A stretch of 15,056 bases of DNA from Candidatus Velthaea sp. Its GTDB lineage: Bacteria; Vulcanimicrobiota; Vulcanimicrobiia; Vulcanimicrobiales; Vulcanimicrobiaceae. The stretch is taken from assembly GCA_050012475.1 (NCBI GenBank), contig JBEKHC010000113.1, forward strand, positions 1 to 15,056, in the 5' to 3' direction. The notes under the pieces are model-generated. The model made no database searches. It was given only the letters and a program-made list of their open reading frames with translations, and was not told where the DNA came from. The translations under genes and the position numbers were made by a program. Position 1 is the first letter of the stretch. Each line of letters begins with the position of its first letter. Shown here piece by piece: positions 13,713 to 15,056 of this stretch.

Positions 13713-14906
13713 GTGGCGTCGGAAATCGCTGCTGCGTTCGCCGGCCTGGTGGCCGGCGCGCTCGGTGTTTTCCTGGGGCTGCGCCGGCGCCAGGCCGATC
13801 CGCCGGTCGAACCGGAGACCACCGTCGTCGCCGCGGCGGTCGAATCGGATGCCACGCAGCGCGTGCTGCGGGCGTTGCCGTTCGCGGCATTCTTGCTCGA
13901 CCGCGGCGGCCGCGTCACCTACCTCAATCCGGCGGCGGAGCTGTTGTTCGGCACGACCGCGGTGCGCTCGCAGGGACGCGTGCTCATCGAAGTCGTGCCG
14001 TCGGTGGAATTCGAGCGTCAAGTGAAGGATGCGTCAGCGGGCGTGGCGTCGACGCGTGACGTGCGCATCATCGAGCGCGACCGCGAGCGCATGCTTGGCA
14101 TCACCGTGAAGCCCATCGAGGCCGAAGGCGTCATGGCGATCGCCGTCGACCGAACCGAACTCGTCAGTCTCGAGCGAATTCGCCGCGAGTTCGTCTCGAA
14201 CGTTTCGCACGAGTTGCGCACGCCGCTGGCCGCGATCAAGCTGATGGTCGAGACGATCGTCGAGTCGCAAGACGATGCCGAGGCGCGCGCTCAATTCATG
14301 CCGCGAATCGCTGCGGAGGTCGATCGGATCGTCCAGCTCGTCGAAGATTTGCTGAGCATGGCGCGCTCCGAATCGGGCCGGCTCATCATGCGCAAAGAAC
14401 GGTTCGACTTCACCGACGTCGCGGCAGCCGTCATCGACACGTTTTCGCAGCGCGCGGCGAAGCTTAACATTGCGCTCGACCTCGAAGCGCCGGAACCGAT
14501 CTACGTCGACGCCGACCGCGACCGGCTGACCCAGGTCGCCGTCAATCTGGTCGACAACGCGCTTCGGCATACTCCGGCCGGCGGATCGGTCATTGTTGAA
14601 ATCGGCGGCGACGGCGCGTGGGCGTTCTTACGCGTCCGCGACACGGGTGCGGGAATCGCGCATGCCGATCTGGCGCACATCTTCGATCGCTTTTACGTCG
14701 CCGACCGGTCGCGTTCGCGCGGGCAGAGCGGAACGGGGCTCGGTCTGTCGATCGCGCGCAACCTGGTCGACGCGCACGGCGGGACGCTGGGGGTCGAATC
14801 GCGTTTGGGTTGGGGCTCGGCGTTTACGTGCCGCATTCCCCGTGTGAGCGGCGCATCAGATTCCGACGCCTTAAGCTTTCTTAAGATTAATTTAAGCCAG
14901 CCTTAG
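13713..14906 (+). CDS. phoR: Sensor histidine kinase, PhoR-like (TM-PAS-HisKA-HATPase)
   Basis: N-terminal TM, PAS (G.V..LNPAAE.LFG), H-box RREFVSNVSHELRTPL, N-box NLVDNA, G1 DTGAGI, F-box IFDRFY..D.SRSR, G2 GTGLGLSI. Context is ppx-phoB. Confidence 0.9.
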   Translation: MASEIAAAFAGLVAGALGVFLGLRRRQADPPVEPETTVVAAAVESDATQRVLRALPFAAFLLDRGGRVTYLNPAAELLFGTTAVRSQGRVLIEVVPSVEFERQVKDASAGVASTRDVRIIERDRERMLGITVKPIEAEGVMAIAVDRTELVSLERIRREFVSNVSHELRTPLAAIKLMVETIVESQDDAEARAQFMPRIAAEVDRIVQLVEDLLSMARSESGRLIMRKERFDFTDVAAAVIDTFSQRAAKLNIALDLEAPEPIYVDADRDRLTQVAVNLVDNALRHTPAGGSVIVEIGGDGAWAFLRVRDTGAGIAHADLAHIFDRFYVADRSRSRGQSGTGLGLSIARNLVDAHGGTLGVESRLGWGSAFTCRIPRVSGASDSDALSFLKINLSQP

Positions 14907-14908
14907 TC
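14870..14908 (+). promoter_or_regulatory. Pho-box-like array of four direct repeats (YTTAAG; 10/11/11-bp spacing)
   Basis: cTTAAGc (14870), cTTAAGa (14880), tTTAAGc (14891), cTTAGtc (14902). It is an AT-rich island in GC-rich DNA just downstream of phoBR and resembles YTTAAYY-type Pho boxes. Confidence 0.75.
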
Positions 14909-14979
14909 TGCGCCTGCGACGATGCGCAGCGTACGGCTCGTTGCCTAACCGCCATCGTCCCTCAATCTGGGAGGTTTTT

Positions 14980-15056
14980 GTGCTCAGGTCCAAAGCAGCA
15001 GCGCTTATAGCACTCGGAATATCGCTTGCCTTGCCAGCGGTTCCGGTGTTTGCCGC
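14980..15056 (+). CDS. 5' end of a secreted protein (signal peptide), probably Pho-regulated (e.g. PstS or a phosphate-uptake/outer-membrane protein); truncated by the window
   Basis: GGGAGG Shine-Dalgarno at 14969-14974, GTG at 14980, translation MLRSKAAALIALGISLALPAVPVFA(A). The product is inferred from context only. Confidence 0.7.
   Translation, partial: MLRSKAAALIALGISLALPAVPVFA

Overview
GC-rich bacterial chromosomal window, mostly housekeeping and stress genes, with no transposase, integrase, phage gene, rRNA/tRNA or cas gene. Gene order: secreted AttH/CrtC lipocalin-like protein (5' end outside the window, with an apparent in-frame low-complexity insert); secreted 1-Cys msrA; a degenerate palindromic tandem-repeat tract; a minus-strand pair of an 84-aa protein and a DUF6976/FIST-like protein; two convergent MFS transporters; a 4-gene envelope/anion-stress operon (XpaC-like fusion protein, tandem YbjQ protein, 66-aa ORF, telA); a small secreted protein; nifU-C and a MenA-type prenyltransferase on the minus strand; then ppx/gppA-phoB-phoR, a 4-unit Pho-box-like repeat and the start of a secreted protein. 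The best candidates for an undescribed system are the XpaC-fusion/YbjQ2/microprotein/TelA operon and the small-protein + DUF6976 module. The most unusual DNA-level signals are the local strand-skew inversion and insert in the attH-like gene and the repeat tract at 2.1-2.45 kb. Family assignments come from motif recognition only; no database was searched. Gene style is reminiscent of Eremiobacterota/Vulcanimicrobiota, which is an impression only.
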